Source: Squalus acanthias
Lineage: Eukaryota
NCBI GenBank assembly: GCA_030390025.1
Contig: CM059433.1
Span: 24,616,001 to 24,680,000 of the forward strand
Reading direction: 5' to 3'
Length of the DNA: 64,000 bases
Shown here: positions 12,010 through 23,700 of the stretch, one piece after another
Layout: the number at the start of each line of letters is the position of its first letter
Position numbering within the stretch: the stretch's first letter is position 1
Made by a program: the position numbers and the translations under genes
Notes under the pieces: model-generated
The model's database searches: none
Seen by the model: only the letters and a program-made list of their open reading frames with translations
Told to the model about the DNA's origin: nothing

Positions 12010-12046
12010 TCACCTGACGAAGGAGCAGCGCTCCGAAAGCTTGTGA
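12010..12046 (+). ncRNA. Minimal type-I hammerhead ribozyme motif (family B)
   Basis: TCAC CTGACGA A GGAGC AGC GCTCC GAAA GCTT GTGA: both core boxes, 5-bp stem II, 4-bp stem I, palindromic AAGCTT stem III. Confidence 0.78.
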
Positions 12047-13209
12047 TTTCAAATAAAACTGTTGGACTATAACCTGGTGTTGTGCGACTTCTCACTTTTG
12101 TCCACCCCAGTCCAACACCGGCATCTCCACATCTTGAAAACAAAAACACCACTTGCTTTCTATCTAAACATAGGTCCTAAGACAGAACTCCGATTGCACT
12201 GTCTTAACCCTGTCTTCAGGCCTCAAAGTATAGACAACCTTTGGCTGCTGGTTACATAATCTATACACACTCTGAGATTCAGACTGTCTTTGTTAAGCCC
12301 CCTTAAGGCTGTGAGATGGAATCTCTGCCCACCAAGATGTCAGTCACAGGGGCCTACAGCCAATCATGGACTTGCCTCTTTCTTCAACGTATTCAGAAAT
12401 AGTTGTTAATCAGAGTCACTATCTCAGAATTGGGCCCACCCTTTGAAATGTGGGTGGTCAGTATATCTTTCTTGATTTAATTAAACCAGAATAGCTATTG
12501 TTCAATATTTAATGTAAGCAATCACTATTAATGGCCTAAGATATTTGTCAATGCCAGTTAATTTATCCCTGGAGTTTGCTATTGTTCTCAGCTTTAGCAC
12601 CTTGCATAACTAAGCAACATTGATGTCTAACATGAAGTAGCTGTGACCTCTTGTTGTGAAACCTTGAGTGATACTGATTTAATCCACAACACGCTGATTT
12701 TAGCAAAACAGAAATATTATAAGTTGAAAAATCCAACACAGCCAAAAATTAATATTGCATAGCCTCCAACAGCTTCTGTTCCTCTATTCACCATGCCTGT
12801 ACGCTTTGGAACTCCCTTCCAAAACCTGTCGCCTTGCTACTCGTTCCCTGCTTTCAAAAGTCCTTGACTTTGTTTCCAGTTCACCCCCTAAATTTTCTCT
12901 TTTCCATGCCCAGCTCATCGCCTCATGAAGTAATCTGATACATTCTTGTCTGTGAGAGCGCTATATAAAGGCAAGTTGTTGTAAATCAGCCTCTAGCGTG
13001 ATCCCACCACCAAATACATCTTCTCCCCCCCTCTCCTTTCAGCATTCCGAAGGGACCGCTCCCTCCGTGACACCTTGGTCCACTCCTCAATCACCCCCAA
13101 CACCCCTTCCCCTTCCCACGGCACCTTCCTGTGCAAGCGCAGGTGATGCAACACATGCCCTTTTACCTCCTCCCTTCCCACTGTCCAGGGCCCCAAACAC
13201 TTCTTCCAG

Positions 13210-13539
13210 GTGAAACAGCGATTTACTTGTACTTCTCACAATCTAGTATACTGTATTCGCTGCTCACGATGCGGTCTTCTCTACATTGGGGAGACCAAAC
13301 AAAGATTGGGTGACCGTTTGGCGGAACACCTCCGTTCAGTCCGCAAGCGTGACCCCGAGCTTCCAGTCACCTGTCACTTTAATTCTCCGCTCCACTCCCA
13401 CTCTGATCTCGCCGTCCTCGGCCTCTTACACTGTTCCAATGAAGCTCAACGTAAGCTCGAGGAACAGCACCTCATCTTTCGATTAGGCACTTTACAGCCT
13501 TCTGGACTCAACATCGAGTTCAACAATTTCAGATCATAA
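13210..13539 (+). pseudogene. Penelope GIY-YIG endonuclease domain (truncated ORF)
   Basis: FTCTSHNLVYCIRCSRCGLLYIGETKQRLGDRLAEH...HF...LEEQHLIFRLGTLQPSGLN. An in-frame stop lies upstream in the C-x-x-x-*-C-x-x-C linker. Confidence 0.85.
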
Positions 13540-13796
13540 CCCCTGCTCCCATTTTTTTTCTCACATGCAGCTGTTGATGATTCTGCCATTTCCATTTACA
13601 CTTCATCTAGACTCATCTTTTGTTTCTTAACTTGTCCCATTACCATCTCCTTTTGCCTCGCACCATCATCCCTTTTGTCATTTAATCTCTCCGGCCTTCC
13701 ACCCTATCACAGACCTTCCCTTTTGTTCTTTCCTCCCCTCCCCCCTTTCCCTGCCCCTACACCTGCTTAAAACCTGTTACATCTCTAACTTTTTCC

Positions 13797-13833
13797 AGTT
13801 CTGATGAAGGATCATCGACCTGAAACGTTAACT
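13797..13833 (+). ncRNA. Minimal hammerhead ribozyme motif (family A) at Penelope 3' end
   Basis: AGTT CTGATGA AGG(A)TC ATC GACCT GAAA CGTT AACT. Confidence 0.68.
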
Positions 13834-14294
13834 CTGTTTCTCTCTCCACAGATGCTGCCTGACCTGCTGAGTATTCCCAGCATTTTCTGTTTTTACTTCA
13901 GATTTCCAGCATCCACAGTATTTTGCTTTTGAATCTTTTTGAAGCTAAATTTTCCCAAAAGTGAACTTAATAAAGACTATGTGGCTTTAATTCTGCACCT
14001 GGCTAGTTTTCCACCATTTCATAATAAACATGAGGATAAAAATCACAATGGTTTAATTTTTATAACAGAAGGGCAGATGCACGATCACAGCAGATAAGGC
14101 CATGCAAAAATTACACAATTTACAGTACGTGACAATAGGTCAGTAGAGGTGCATTCCTCCTTGTTAATTGAAGCTGCTTCTACAAGCACAAATTAAAGGT
14201 TGGTCGCAGAGATCATTTGCTCACTATTAATGATTACATTGTTGGAATACTCAAGTTCTGTGTTGGATTAAGAGAGCCGTGCTAGTTCAGCTCC

Positions 14295-15415
14295 AACAAC
14301 AGCAACAATAACACTCATATAGCACCTTTAATGTGGTAAAAGGTCGCAAGGCATTTCAGAGGAGCACAATCAGACAAAAATTGACACTGAGCCCAAGAAG
14401 GAGACAGGTGATCAAAAACTTGGTCAAAGAGGTAGGCTTTAAGGAGGATCTTAAAGGAGGAGAGAGAGGTGGAGAGGATTAGGGAGGGAATTCCAGACCT
14501 TAGGGTCTAGACGACTGAAGGCATGTCCACCAATGGTGGGGTGAAGGAAATGGAGGATGGACAAGAGGTCAGAATTGAAGGAACGCAGAGTTCTCGGAGG
14601 GTTGTAGGGCTGCAAGAGGTTACAGAGATAGGGAGGATGGAGGCCATGGAGGGATTTGAACATGAAGATGAGAATGTTTAAATCGAGGCATTGGTGGACA
14701 GGGAGCCCAAGTAGGTCAGCAAGTACAGGGGTGATGGGTGAGCGAGGCTTGGTGTGAGTCAGGATCTGGGCAACAGAGTTTTGGATGAGCTTAAGTTTAT
14801 GGAGGGTGAAAGATGAGATGCCGGCCAGGAAAGCATTGGAATAGTTGAGTCTAGAGGTAACAAATGCATGGATGAGGGTTTTAGCAGCAGATGGGCTGAG
14901 GCAGAGGTGGAGACAGGCAATATTGCAGAAGTGGAAGTAGGCGCTCTTGGCAATGGAGAAGATATGGGGTCAAAAGCTCAGCTCAGGGTCAAATAAGACG
15001 CCAAGGTTGCGAACAGTATGGTTGAGCCTCAGACACTGGCCGGGGAGGGGGTTTGAATCGATGGCTAGAGAACGGAGTTTGTGGCGAAGGTCGAAAGTGA
15101 TGGCTTCGGTCTTCCCAATGTTTAATTGGAGGAAATTTCAGCTCCTCCAGGACTGGATGTCGGACAAGCAGCCTGACAAACCAGAAGCAGTGGCGTGGTC
15201 GTGACTCGTGAGATAGAGCTGGGTGTCATCTGTGTACCTGTGGAACCCGACGTTGTGTTTTTGGATGATGTCGCCGAGGGGCAACACGTAGATGAGAAAT
15301 AGGACGGGACCAAGGATAAATCCTTGGGGGGATTCCAGATGTAATAGTGTGGGGGCGGGAAGAGAAGCCATTGCAGGAGATTCTCTGGCTATGACTGGAT
15401 AGATAAGAGTGGAAC
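14295..15415 (-). mobile_element. L2 LINE 3' fragment
   Basis: [19 protein letters not shown]...[13 protein letters not shown] motifs on the minus strand; L2 tail. Confidence 0.88.
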
Positions 15416-16086
15416 ACTAATGTTATTGAATAGTTTGGACATTTTAGACATTTATGACATGATAGAACTTTAAGAGTGGATGGTACTGTGGTGCTCAAGG
15501 GGAGTCACTGAGCGTAGGCCAGACAATTAACCACAGAAAAGAAAAACTGAATACAAGTTAACCTGGACCACACTCCTTTACCTCCTGGCTACCACGGTAC
15601 AACAGTTTTGGCCTGAGGACTCATTCCATTCTGATTGGCTTAATTCACCACAGGGACGTGGTGCTGCAGGTGCCACGTTGGGGCAGCAGTGGGACCAACT
15701 GCTCCCCCATTAGGGAGCAGTGCCAGAAATATATGTTTCAAACCATTAAGCCTGCCAATTTTAAACAAAAGAGTCCAGAGGCATAACAATACAGTTGCTG
15801 GTTATTCCATCTCCCAGTCTTGCACTGACTGGGAATCAGAAAGAAGAGAACAGGAGTCTACAGGACAGGTAGGAAAACAAGATTGGGTGAGCAGCAGAAG
15901 TGTGTGATCCGTAACATGCTGGTCCTACATTGTCCTCTGCTTCTCAAAGAATGCCTGTTTCCCTGTACGTGGAGAAGCTTACCAGCTAGTATTACATTTG
16001 ACATGCACTCTGAGCACAGGCACTGTGATTGTATTTAAAATGATTTGTTAAGGTTAATTTTAAATATAAGTATGTTTGAAGTACCA

Positions 16087-16813
16087 GGCCTAGAACTATG
16101 GTGCACCTCATTTTTGGGCACGTGGACGGTGCAGGGTACGATCACTGCACTTGAATGGTGATGCACGAAGTGCTCTTGATATTGGTTGAAGCATGGTTGA
16201 AGATCGGGCTGCTGCAATGCTAGAAGGTAAGTAAGGAAGGGTGGGGGGGGGGGTGAGTGGCTACCAGTGGGCAGGAAGTGAGGGCATTGTTGGCCAGTGG
16301 GAGGGGAGACAGGTAGCCGTATCCGGGGAAATCTGTGTCTGGTGGCGGGGGTGGGGGGGGGGGGGGGGGGGGTGGTGGTGATTGGTGACTGGGAGGGATT
16401 GGTAGCCAGGGAGTGTAATTGGTGGCCGGGGAGAGGGGGGAAAATAGATAGCCATAGCGGCTGCAGTCCGTCTTCTTTTAATTTGGGCTCCACATGCAGG
16501 TAAGTATGTTTCAAAAGCTTACCTTGTTGGTTTTCTGAGTGCAGTTGCCGCTGCCGCTGCCAGCTGCCTCAGGGCAAACCCATTTTTCAGTGGGGGCCTC
16601 AAAAAGGCCTTAGGCCCCTTATTTGGATATGCAATGGGTCTAACGCCTGTTGCAGCCACGGGCACTGCACGCTGATTTTTTGGCCTTTACCAATATGGTG
16701 GGCGGTGGCCTTCCACTCATAATGAGTGCGCACTTCCTGCCTGTCATATTGGAGGCTTAGGACGCTATTTAGTGTTCAAAAAATGTGCGTTGTGCGGCCA
16801 AATTTCTAGGCTG
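16087..16813. mobile_element. Probable non-autonomous Harbinger-like element with internal poly-G
   Basis: Degenerate TIRs GGCCTAGAACTATGG / AGCCTAGAAATTTGG, possible CAG flanks, and a G20 run at 16353-16372. Confidence 0.4.
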
Positions 16814-16924
16814 CAGTGTTTAAGTTGCCAGTTTGTGAAGAATGTTTTGACAGCAACAGCTGATTACTGTCCATCTGGTAACTTCCTCCATGGGTGGGCA
16901 GGGAGAGACAGCAAAGAAAGACAC

Positions 16925-17260
16925 AAAAGAGCTTGCATTTATATATAGCACCTTTCGCATCTTCAGGACATCTCAAAGTGCTTTAGAGATAATTAAATGC
17001 TTTTGAAGTGTAGTCCCTGTTGTAATGTCGGCAAATGCGGCAGCCAAACAGCAATGAAATAAATGACCAGTTAATCTTTTCAAGTGGTGTTTGTTGAGGG
17101 ATAAGTGTAAGCCACGACAACGGTTCTTTTACATCCACCAGCGATGTGAAATCTCTGGACCTCAGTTTAATATCTCATGTGATAGATGACACCTTTGACA
17201 CTGCAGCTCTCCTTCTGTATCGCATAGTAGTGTCAGCCGAGATTATGTGCTCAAGTCCCA
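16925..17260 (-). mobile_element. Deu-type tRNA SINE, partial
   Basis: Similar to 47340-47800. Confidence 0.75.
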
Positions 17261-18215
17261 TCTGTCAGTTAAGCTCACTAGTACATTGAAACACATACAG
17301 GTGGATGGGGACTTGGCAGAGGCAGAGCGTTATGACGTAAGGTGTAGACAGGCAGTGTGTCTCAGTCCTGCTCCCTTAATGTTTGATGTCAACACAAATG
17401 TGTGATGCAATAGATTCCCAGAAAAAAATAACCAATGTTGTGTTGGGTAATTTGCTCAAAAAAGGCTGGATAAGTAAATAACTAGGAACAGGACTAAAGT
17501 TTATATGAACAAGTACAGTAAGAGATGATTAAATATTCCTTGGGACACAATAGTTCCTGTGCTGCTGGGGTTTGAGGGTATTGTGTGTCGAGGGCAGCAG
17601 GTCATGGTTGAATGGTGGAGTTGGATATTCTGGGGTTATGCATTGGGAATCAGGGAATGGAGATTCAATTTGTGAGGTAGAAACCCTGAATGACCTTGAT
17701 AGATCAAATTCCCTTTTTTTTCTCCAAATTTGTTCTTGGGATGTGGGTGATGCTGGCCAGGCAACATGTATTGCCCATCTTCAGTTGCCCTTAGAAGATG
17801 GTGGTGAGCTTCTCAGGATAACTAAAGATGGGCAATTAATTATTCTCTATTTTCTTGTATTCCTGGAGACCTGATAAGGTAAAAATTGAAGATGCAAAAC
17901 AACTTAATTCAAATAATTAAATAATTGGCATGGTGCATCTATAGTTGTACTGGGTTCTGAGTCAGAGGACCCAAATTTTAATTCAGTCTTGATTGTTAAC
18001 TTTAGTTCTTTTTAGTTGTTAGCTTTTGACTGAATGCAAACTGAAGGAGCATTTCATACTGGATCCAGAAAAAACTAATAAGGACGAGCCCTACCCGCAA
18101 GAAGTACACCCTCTGTTGGCCAATCACAAAACTATTAAAAGCAACTTGGGAGAAGTTTGTGTCACTGACCATCAAATGTTCCGGTGGAAGGAAAAAGCTG
18201 GTCAATGATAGAATG

Positions 18216-18412
18216 ATGCGGAGATGCCGGTGTTGGACTGGGGTGGACAAATGTGAGAAGTCGCACAACACCAGGTTATAGTCCAACCGCTTTATTTGAA
18301 ATCACAAGCTTTCGGAGCGCTGCTCCTTCACCTGACGAAGGAGCAGCGCTCCGAAAGCTTGTGATTTCACATAAAGCTGTTGGACTATAACCTGGTGTTG
18401 TGCGACTTCTCA
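18216..18412. mobile_element. Mini foldback Penelope-type element with hammerhead
   Basis: Near-perfect hairpin 18252-18414 (78-bp arms, 7-nt spacer). 13-bp TSD CAATGATAGAATG at 18203-18215 and 18413-18425. Confidence 0.85.
18328..18364 (+). ncRNA. Minimal hammerhead ribozyme motif (family B)
   Basis: Identical to 12010-12046. Confidence 0.75.
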
Positions 18413-19381
18413 CAATGATAGAATGGGTGACATCAACTGAATCTACCGCTGGGAAAAAAAGTTTTAAAAAACAAAAATAGAAAAAATTGTGTATGGTACT
18501 GCATTTAATATAAATCATCTACATTTGAATCAACTCATTTAAAATTCTAGTTCTCTACCACCCACCCAAGTACCATAAAAATGTTACTACCGAGATATCT
18601 TCACTGCTTTCCTCCCTCAGCCTCTGCACCGAGCGACTTCTCATCCTCGGTGATTTCAACATCCATCTCTCTCCTCTGAGTTCACTAGCCTCCTATCCTC
18701 CCTTAATCTCTCCCTCCATGTAAACTCCCCAACCCATATTCACGGCCACCCCCTCGACCTTGCCATCTCTCGTGACCTCGCTACTCCCATCGTGTCAATC
18801 GCAGATAAGGCCATCTCTAACCACTTCGTTGTATCACTCTTCACCCACATCCGCCTTCCCCCCCACCAACCCTACTTCCTTCTGTGTCCGCCCCTGGAAA
18901 AAAAACTCTCTCCCAACTCTCTTACAACTGTACTTACAAAATTCCAACTGGCCAGCCTTTGACCCTCCATTCACCATGGCATTTCTGCAGCTACCGATCT
19001 GCTCAACCACATCCTCACCACCACCTTTGATGCCCTAGTCCCTATTAAAACAATTACTCTCTCTCACCCTCGCTGTTCCCCCTGGTACAGCCCTCATCTT
19101 CGCTCCCTTAAGTCCAAGGGACACAGATTTTAACGGATATGGCGGACAACGGGCTTAGCCGTTCACCGCCAGATCTGGCTGGACCACATAAAGCATTATC
19201 AGGTCTTGCTCTCGTCTGCCATAATTGCTCACTATTCCAGAATCATTCTGGAATGCAAAGATAAACCACGGCTTCTATTCTCCACTGCTAACTGTCTTCT
19301 TAAACCTCTCTCCCCTGTCTCCTCCACCCTCACCTCCGACAACAAATGTGAGGAGCTCATGAACTTCTTTGTCTCTAAGAT

Positions 19382-21785
19382 AGAAACATAGAAACATAGA
19401 AAATAGGTACAGGAGTAGACCATTCGGTCCTTCGAGCCTGCACCGCCATTCAATGCGTTCATGGCTGAACATGCTACCTCAGTACCCCATTCCTGCTTTC
19501 TCGCCATACCCCTTGATCCCCTTAGTTGTGAGTGTTATATCTAACTCCCTTTTGAATATATTTAGCGAACTGGCCTCAACAACCTTCTGTGGAAGAGAAT
19601 TCCATAGATTCACCACTCTCTGGGTGAAGAAGTTCCTCCTCAGCTCAGTCCTAAATGGCTTCCCCTTAATCCTTAGACTGTGACCCCTGGTTCTAGTTTT
19701 CCCTAACATTGGGAACATTCTGCCCGCATCTAATTTGTCTAAACCAGTCAGGATTTTAAATGTCTCTATAAGATCCCCCCTCATTCTTCTGAACTCCAGA
19801 GGATACAAGTTCAGTTGACCCAATCTTTCTTGATATGTCAGTCCGGCCATCCCAGGAATCAATCTAGTGAACCTTCGCTGCACTCCCTCAATAGCAAGAA
19901 TGTCCTTCCTTAAGTTAGGAGACCAAAACTGCGCACAATACTCAAGGTGTGGCCTCACCAAGGTCCTGTACAACTGCAGCATCACCTCCCTACTCCTGTA
20001 CTCAAATCCCCTTACTATGAAGGCCATCATTCCGTTTGCTTTCTTGACTGCCTGCTGCACTTGCATTCCCACCTTCAGTGACTGATGTACCATGATGCCC
20101 AGGTCTCGTTGCACCTCCCCTTTCCCTAATCTGCCACCATTCAGGTAATAGTCCGCCTCTCTATTTTTACCACCAAAGTGGATAACCTCACATTTATCCA
20201 CATTGTACTTCATCTGCCATACATTTGCCCATTCACCCAACCTGTCCAAGTCACTCTGTAGCCTCCTAGCATCCTCCTCATTGTTCACACTGCCTCCCAA
20301 TTTAGTGTCATCCGCAAATTTGGAGATATTACATTTAATCCCTTCGTCCAAATCATTAATATATAATGTAAACAGCTGGGGTCCCAGCACCGAACCCTGC
20401 GGTACCCCGCTGGTCACTGCCTGCCATTCTGAAAAGTACCCATTTACTCCTACTCTTTGTTTCCTGTGTGCCAACCAGTTCTCAATCCACGTCAACACAT
20501 TACCCCCAATCCCATGTGCTTTAACTTTGCTCACCAATCTCTTGTGTGGGACCTTGTCGAAGGCCTTCTGAAAGTCCAAATACACCACATCTACTGGTTC
20601 CCCCCTGTCCACCCTATTGGAAACATCCTCAAAAAATTCCAGAAGATTTGTCAAGCATGATTTCCCTTTCACAAATCCATGCTGACTTGGACCTATCATG
20701 TCGCCACTTTCCAAATGGTCTGTTATGACATCTTTAATAATTGCTTCCATCATTTTACCCACGACCGATGTCAGGCTGACCGGTCTATAATTCCCTGCTT
20801 TCTCCCTCCCTCCTTTTTTAAAAAGAGGGGTTACATTGGCCACCCTCCACTCCATCGGAACTGATCCAGAGTCTAAGGAATGTTGGAAAATGATCGTCAA
20901 TGCATCCACTATTTCCAAGGCCACCTCCTTAAGTACTCTGGGATGCAGACCATCAGGCCCCGGGGATTTTTCAGCCCTCAGTCCCATCAATTTCCCCAAT
21001 ACCTTTTCCCGACTAATAAGGATTTCCCTCAGCTCCTCCCTCTTACCAGATCCTCTGACCCCTTTTATTTCCGGCAGGTTGTGTGTGTCCTCCACAGTAA
21101 ACACCGAACCAAAGTACTTGTTCAATTGAGCTGCCATTTCCTTGTTCCCCATTACGACTTCCCCTGTTTCCGACTGCAGGGGACCTACGTTTGTTTTTAC
21201 TAACCTCTTTCTTTTTACATATTTATAGAAGCTTTTGCAGTCCATTTTAATGTTCTCTGCAAGCTTCCTTTCATATTTTATTTTCCCTGCCCTAATCAAA
21301 CCCTTCGTCCTCCTCTGCTGAGTTTTGAAGTTCTCCCAGTCCCCGGGTTTGCTGCTACTTCTGGCCAATTTGTATGCAACTTCCTTGGTTTTAATACTAT
21401 CCCTGATTTCCCTTGTTAGCCATGGTTGAGCCACCTTCCCTTTTTTATTTTTACGCCAGACCGGGATGTACAATTGTTGTAGTTCATCCATGCGATCTCT
21501 AAATGTCTGCCATTGCCCTTCCACTGATAGCCCCTTAAATATCGCTTGCCAATTTAACCTCGCCAATTCACGCCTCATACCCTCAAAGTTGCCCTTATTT
21601 AAGTTCTGGACCATGGTCTCTGACTTAACTGTTTCCTTCTCCATCCTAATGTAGAACTCCACCATACTATGGTCACTCTTCCCCAGGGGGCCTCGTACCA
21701 CAAGATTGCTGATTAGTCCTTCCTCATTACACAACACCCAGTCCAGGATGGCCTCCCCTCGAGTTGGTTCCTCAACATATTGGTT
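19382..21785 (-). mobile_element. Young 5'-truncated CR1 LINE
   Basis: Open ORF2, (CATAGAAA)n tail on the + strand, 6-bp TSD TAAGAT at 19376-19381 and 21786-21791. Confidence 0.95.
19479..21785 (-). CDS. CR1 ORF2: end of APE endonuclease plus complete RT
   Basis: QYVEEPTRGEAILDWVL...SDH, followed by RT motifs PQGSVLGP and FADD. The first ~12 aa of the tracked ORF come from flanking L2 sequence. Confidence 0.9.
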   Translation of the reverse strand, partial: NQYVEEPTRGEAILDWVLCNEEGLISNLVVRGPLGKSDHSMVEFYIRMEKETVKSETMVQNLNKGNFEGMRRELARLNWQAIFKGLSVEGQWQTFRDRMDELQQLYIPVWRKNKKGKVAQPWLTREIRDSIKTKEVAYKLARSSSKPGDWENFKTQQRRTKGLIRAGKIKYERKLAENIKMDCKSFYKYVKRKRLVKTNVGPLQSETGEVVMGNKEMAAQLNKYFGSVFTVEDTHNLPEIKGVRGSGKREELREILISREKVLGKLMGLRAEKSPGPDGLHPRVLKEVALEIVDALTIIFQHSLDSGSVPMEWRVANVTPLFKKGGREKAGNYRPVSLTSVVGKMMEAIIKDVITDHLESGDMIGPSQHGFVKGKSCLTNLLEFFEDVSNRVDRGEPVDVVYLDFQKAFDKVPHKRLVSKVKAHGIGGNVLTWIENWLAHRKQRVGVNGYFSEWQAVTSGVPQGSVLGPQLFTLYINDLDEGIKCNISKFADDTKLGGSVNNEEDARRLQSDLDRLGEWANVWQMKYNVDKCEVIHFGGKNREADYYLNGGRLGKGEVQRDLGIMVHQSLKVGMQVQQAVKKANGMMAFIVRGFEYRSREVMLQLYRTLVRPHLEYCAQFWSPNLRKDILAIEGVQRRFTRLIPGMAGLTYQERLGQLNLYPLEFRRMRGDLIETFKILTGLDKLDAGRMFPMLGKTRTRGHSLRIKGKPFRTELRRNFFTQRVVNLWNSLPQKVVEASSLNIFKRELDITLTTKGIKGYGEKAGMGY

Positions 21786-22104
21786 TAAGATTGAGACCAT
21801 CTGTTCAGCTTCCTCTGTCACTTCCCTTCCTTCCCCTAGCCCACCAGGGCAAACTTCCTCTAAGGTTCCCCCCTACCCTAGCCCTGAACTCACATCTTTC
21901 TCCAGTTTCTCTCTGATCTCCCCTTATCAGAATGCTTTATTTACAAAAATATTATTTGTCAATGTCTTTGGTATCTGACAATTCCTTAGTTTAAATAAGA
22001 ATTAGTGTAATCTTATGACATAGTGTATAAATGCACTGAGTCATATCTATTAGCCAACATCCCAGACTCCTTCACCATAGTACCTGGGTATGCCCTGTCC
22101 CACT

Positions 22105-22404
22105 GGTGCAGTACGAAGTACTGTACTATCCAAGGTGCTGTCTTTTGGATGAGATGTTAAACCTCTCAGGGCACTATTTCGTAAAGAGCAGGGGAGTTCT
22201 CCCCAGTGTCCTGGCCAATATATATCCCTCAACCAACATCACTAAAATAAATGGTCTGTTTTCACATTGCTGTTTCTGGGAGCTTGCTGTGTGTAAATTG
22301 TCTGCTGCATTTCCAACATTACAACTGTGACTGCAGTTCATAAATACTTCATTGGCTGTAAAGTGCTTTGGAACGTCCTGAACTTGTGAAAGCTGCTGTA
22401 TAAA
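22105..22404 (+). mobile_element. Deu-type SINE, partial
   Basis: Reverse complement of the 47340-47700 body. Confidence 0.72.
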
Positions 22405-23240
22405 TGGACAGAAGCATGGCAGATGGAGTTCAATGTGGAGAAGTGTGAAGTGATGCACTTTGGGAGGACTAATATGGAATGACAGTATACTATAAATGGC
22501 ACGATTTTGAAAAGTTTATGAGTAGAGAGACCTTGCTGTCCATGTACACAAATCCTTAAAGGTGGCAGGGCAAGTTGATAAGGTGGTTAAAAAAGCATGT
22601 GGGTTACTTGGGTTTATAAATAGAGGAACAGAATATAAAAGCAAAGAGATCGTGCTAGAACTTTATAAATCACTGGTTAGGCCTCAGCTGCAGTATTGTG
22701 GACAATTCTGGGCACCACACTTCAGGAAAGATGTAAAGGCCTTAAAAAGGGTACAGAGGAGGTTTACCAGGATGTTACCAGGAATGAGGGACTTCAACTA
22801 TGAGGAGAGGTTGGAAAAGTTAGGACTGTTCTCCTTGGAACAGAGAAGGTTAAGAGGTGACTTAATAGAGATTTTCAAGATGATGAGAGGTTTTGATAGA
22901 GTAGAGAGAGAAAAACTATTCCCTCTGGCGAGTGGGTCAATAACCAAAGGTCATAGATTCAAAATCCTTGGCAAAAGATCTAGAGGGGAGACGAGGAGAA
23001 TGTTTTTCACTCAGAGAGGTGTCGGGATCTGGAACGCTCTACCTGAAAAGGTGGTGGAAGCTGATACCATAAATAATTTTAAAAGGGAGTTGGACAGGTA
23101 CTTGAGGGTGAGAAACTAACAGGGTTACGGACAAAAAGCAGGGATGTGGGACTAAGCATGACTGCTCTTTCAAAGAGCCAGCACAGGCACGACGGGCCGA
23201 ATGGCCTCCTTCTGTGCTGTAAGTTTCTATGATTCTATGA
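22403..23240 (+). mobile_element. CR1 3' fragment
   Basis: ORF 22562-23119 is the CR1 ORF2 C-terminus; TTCTATGA tail. Confidence 0.9.
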
Positions 23241-23452
23241 ACTCTTTCTTTCTAAATGCAAGAGAGGTGAGAATAACTGCCCTTGATGGATTATGATGCC
23301 AAGGAGTCCCAGCAAAACTGGGATCCAGGGGGAAACTCCCCAGCAGCTGTTGTCATACCTGACACACAGATAGCGGTGGTTGTTGAAGGCCAATCATCAC
23401 TGCCAATTATCAACAATTGAAATGTGGCCATCTTACTTACTTACATAACACA

Positions 23453-23700
23453 ATAGCAAACTACTGCAAATCTGAAATAACAACAGAAAAAGCATGGAAA
23501 CACTCAGCAGGTCAGGCAGCATCCGTGGAGAGAGAAGAGAATTAAGGTTTCAGGTCTGTGACTTCAAGGAGTTCTGACGAAAGGTCTTCGACCTGAAACG
23601 TTAACTCTGTTTCTCTCTCCACGGATGCTGCCTGGCCTGCTGAGTTTTTCCAGCGTTTTCTGTTGTTATTTCGGATTTCCAGCATCCGCAGTATTTTGCC
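23453..23700. mobile_element. Foldback pair of Penelope family-A terminal repeats
   Basis: 23453-23556 is a degenerate reverse complement of 23590-23700. Confidence 0.78.
23569..23607 (+). ncRNA. Minimal hammerhead ribozyme motif (family A)
   Basis: GAGTT CTGACGA A AGGTC TTC GACCT GAAA CGTT AACTC: 5-bp stems I and II. Confidence 0.78.

Larger units (their letters stand above)
10703..12134. mobile_element. Penelope-type foldback element: inverted arms of about 280 bp, each with a hammerhead
   Basis: 10703-10980 is the reverse complement of about 11090-11112 plus 11839-12096. 11-bp TSD TGAAAACAAAA at 10692-10702 and 12135-12145. Confidence 0.8.
12990..13930 (+). mobile_element. Penelope-like retroelement, 3' part
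   Basis: Cys-rich linker followed by a GIY-YIG endonuclease, a pyrimidine-rich 3' region, a hammerhead and the family-A tail. Confidence 0.88.
18550..21925 (+). mobile_element. L2 LINE internal fragment (18550-19381 and 21786-21925) split by CR1
   Basis: Endonuclease and linker remnants (YHPP, ILGDFNI, PTH..GH.LDL, SNHF, PWY, LF.T.N.LL, FF.SKIETI). Confidence 0.8.

Noticed and set aside
19479..21821. 780-aa ORF as a complete autonomous or domesticated RT gene
   Set aside because: Its start lies in flanking L2 sequence beyond the TSD; most of the endonuclease and all of ORF1 are missing.
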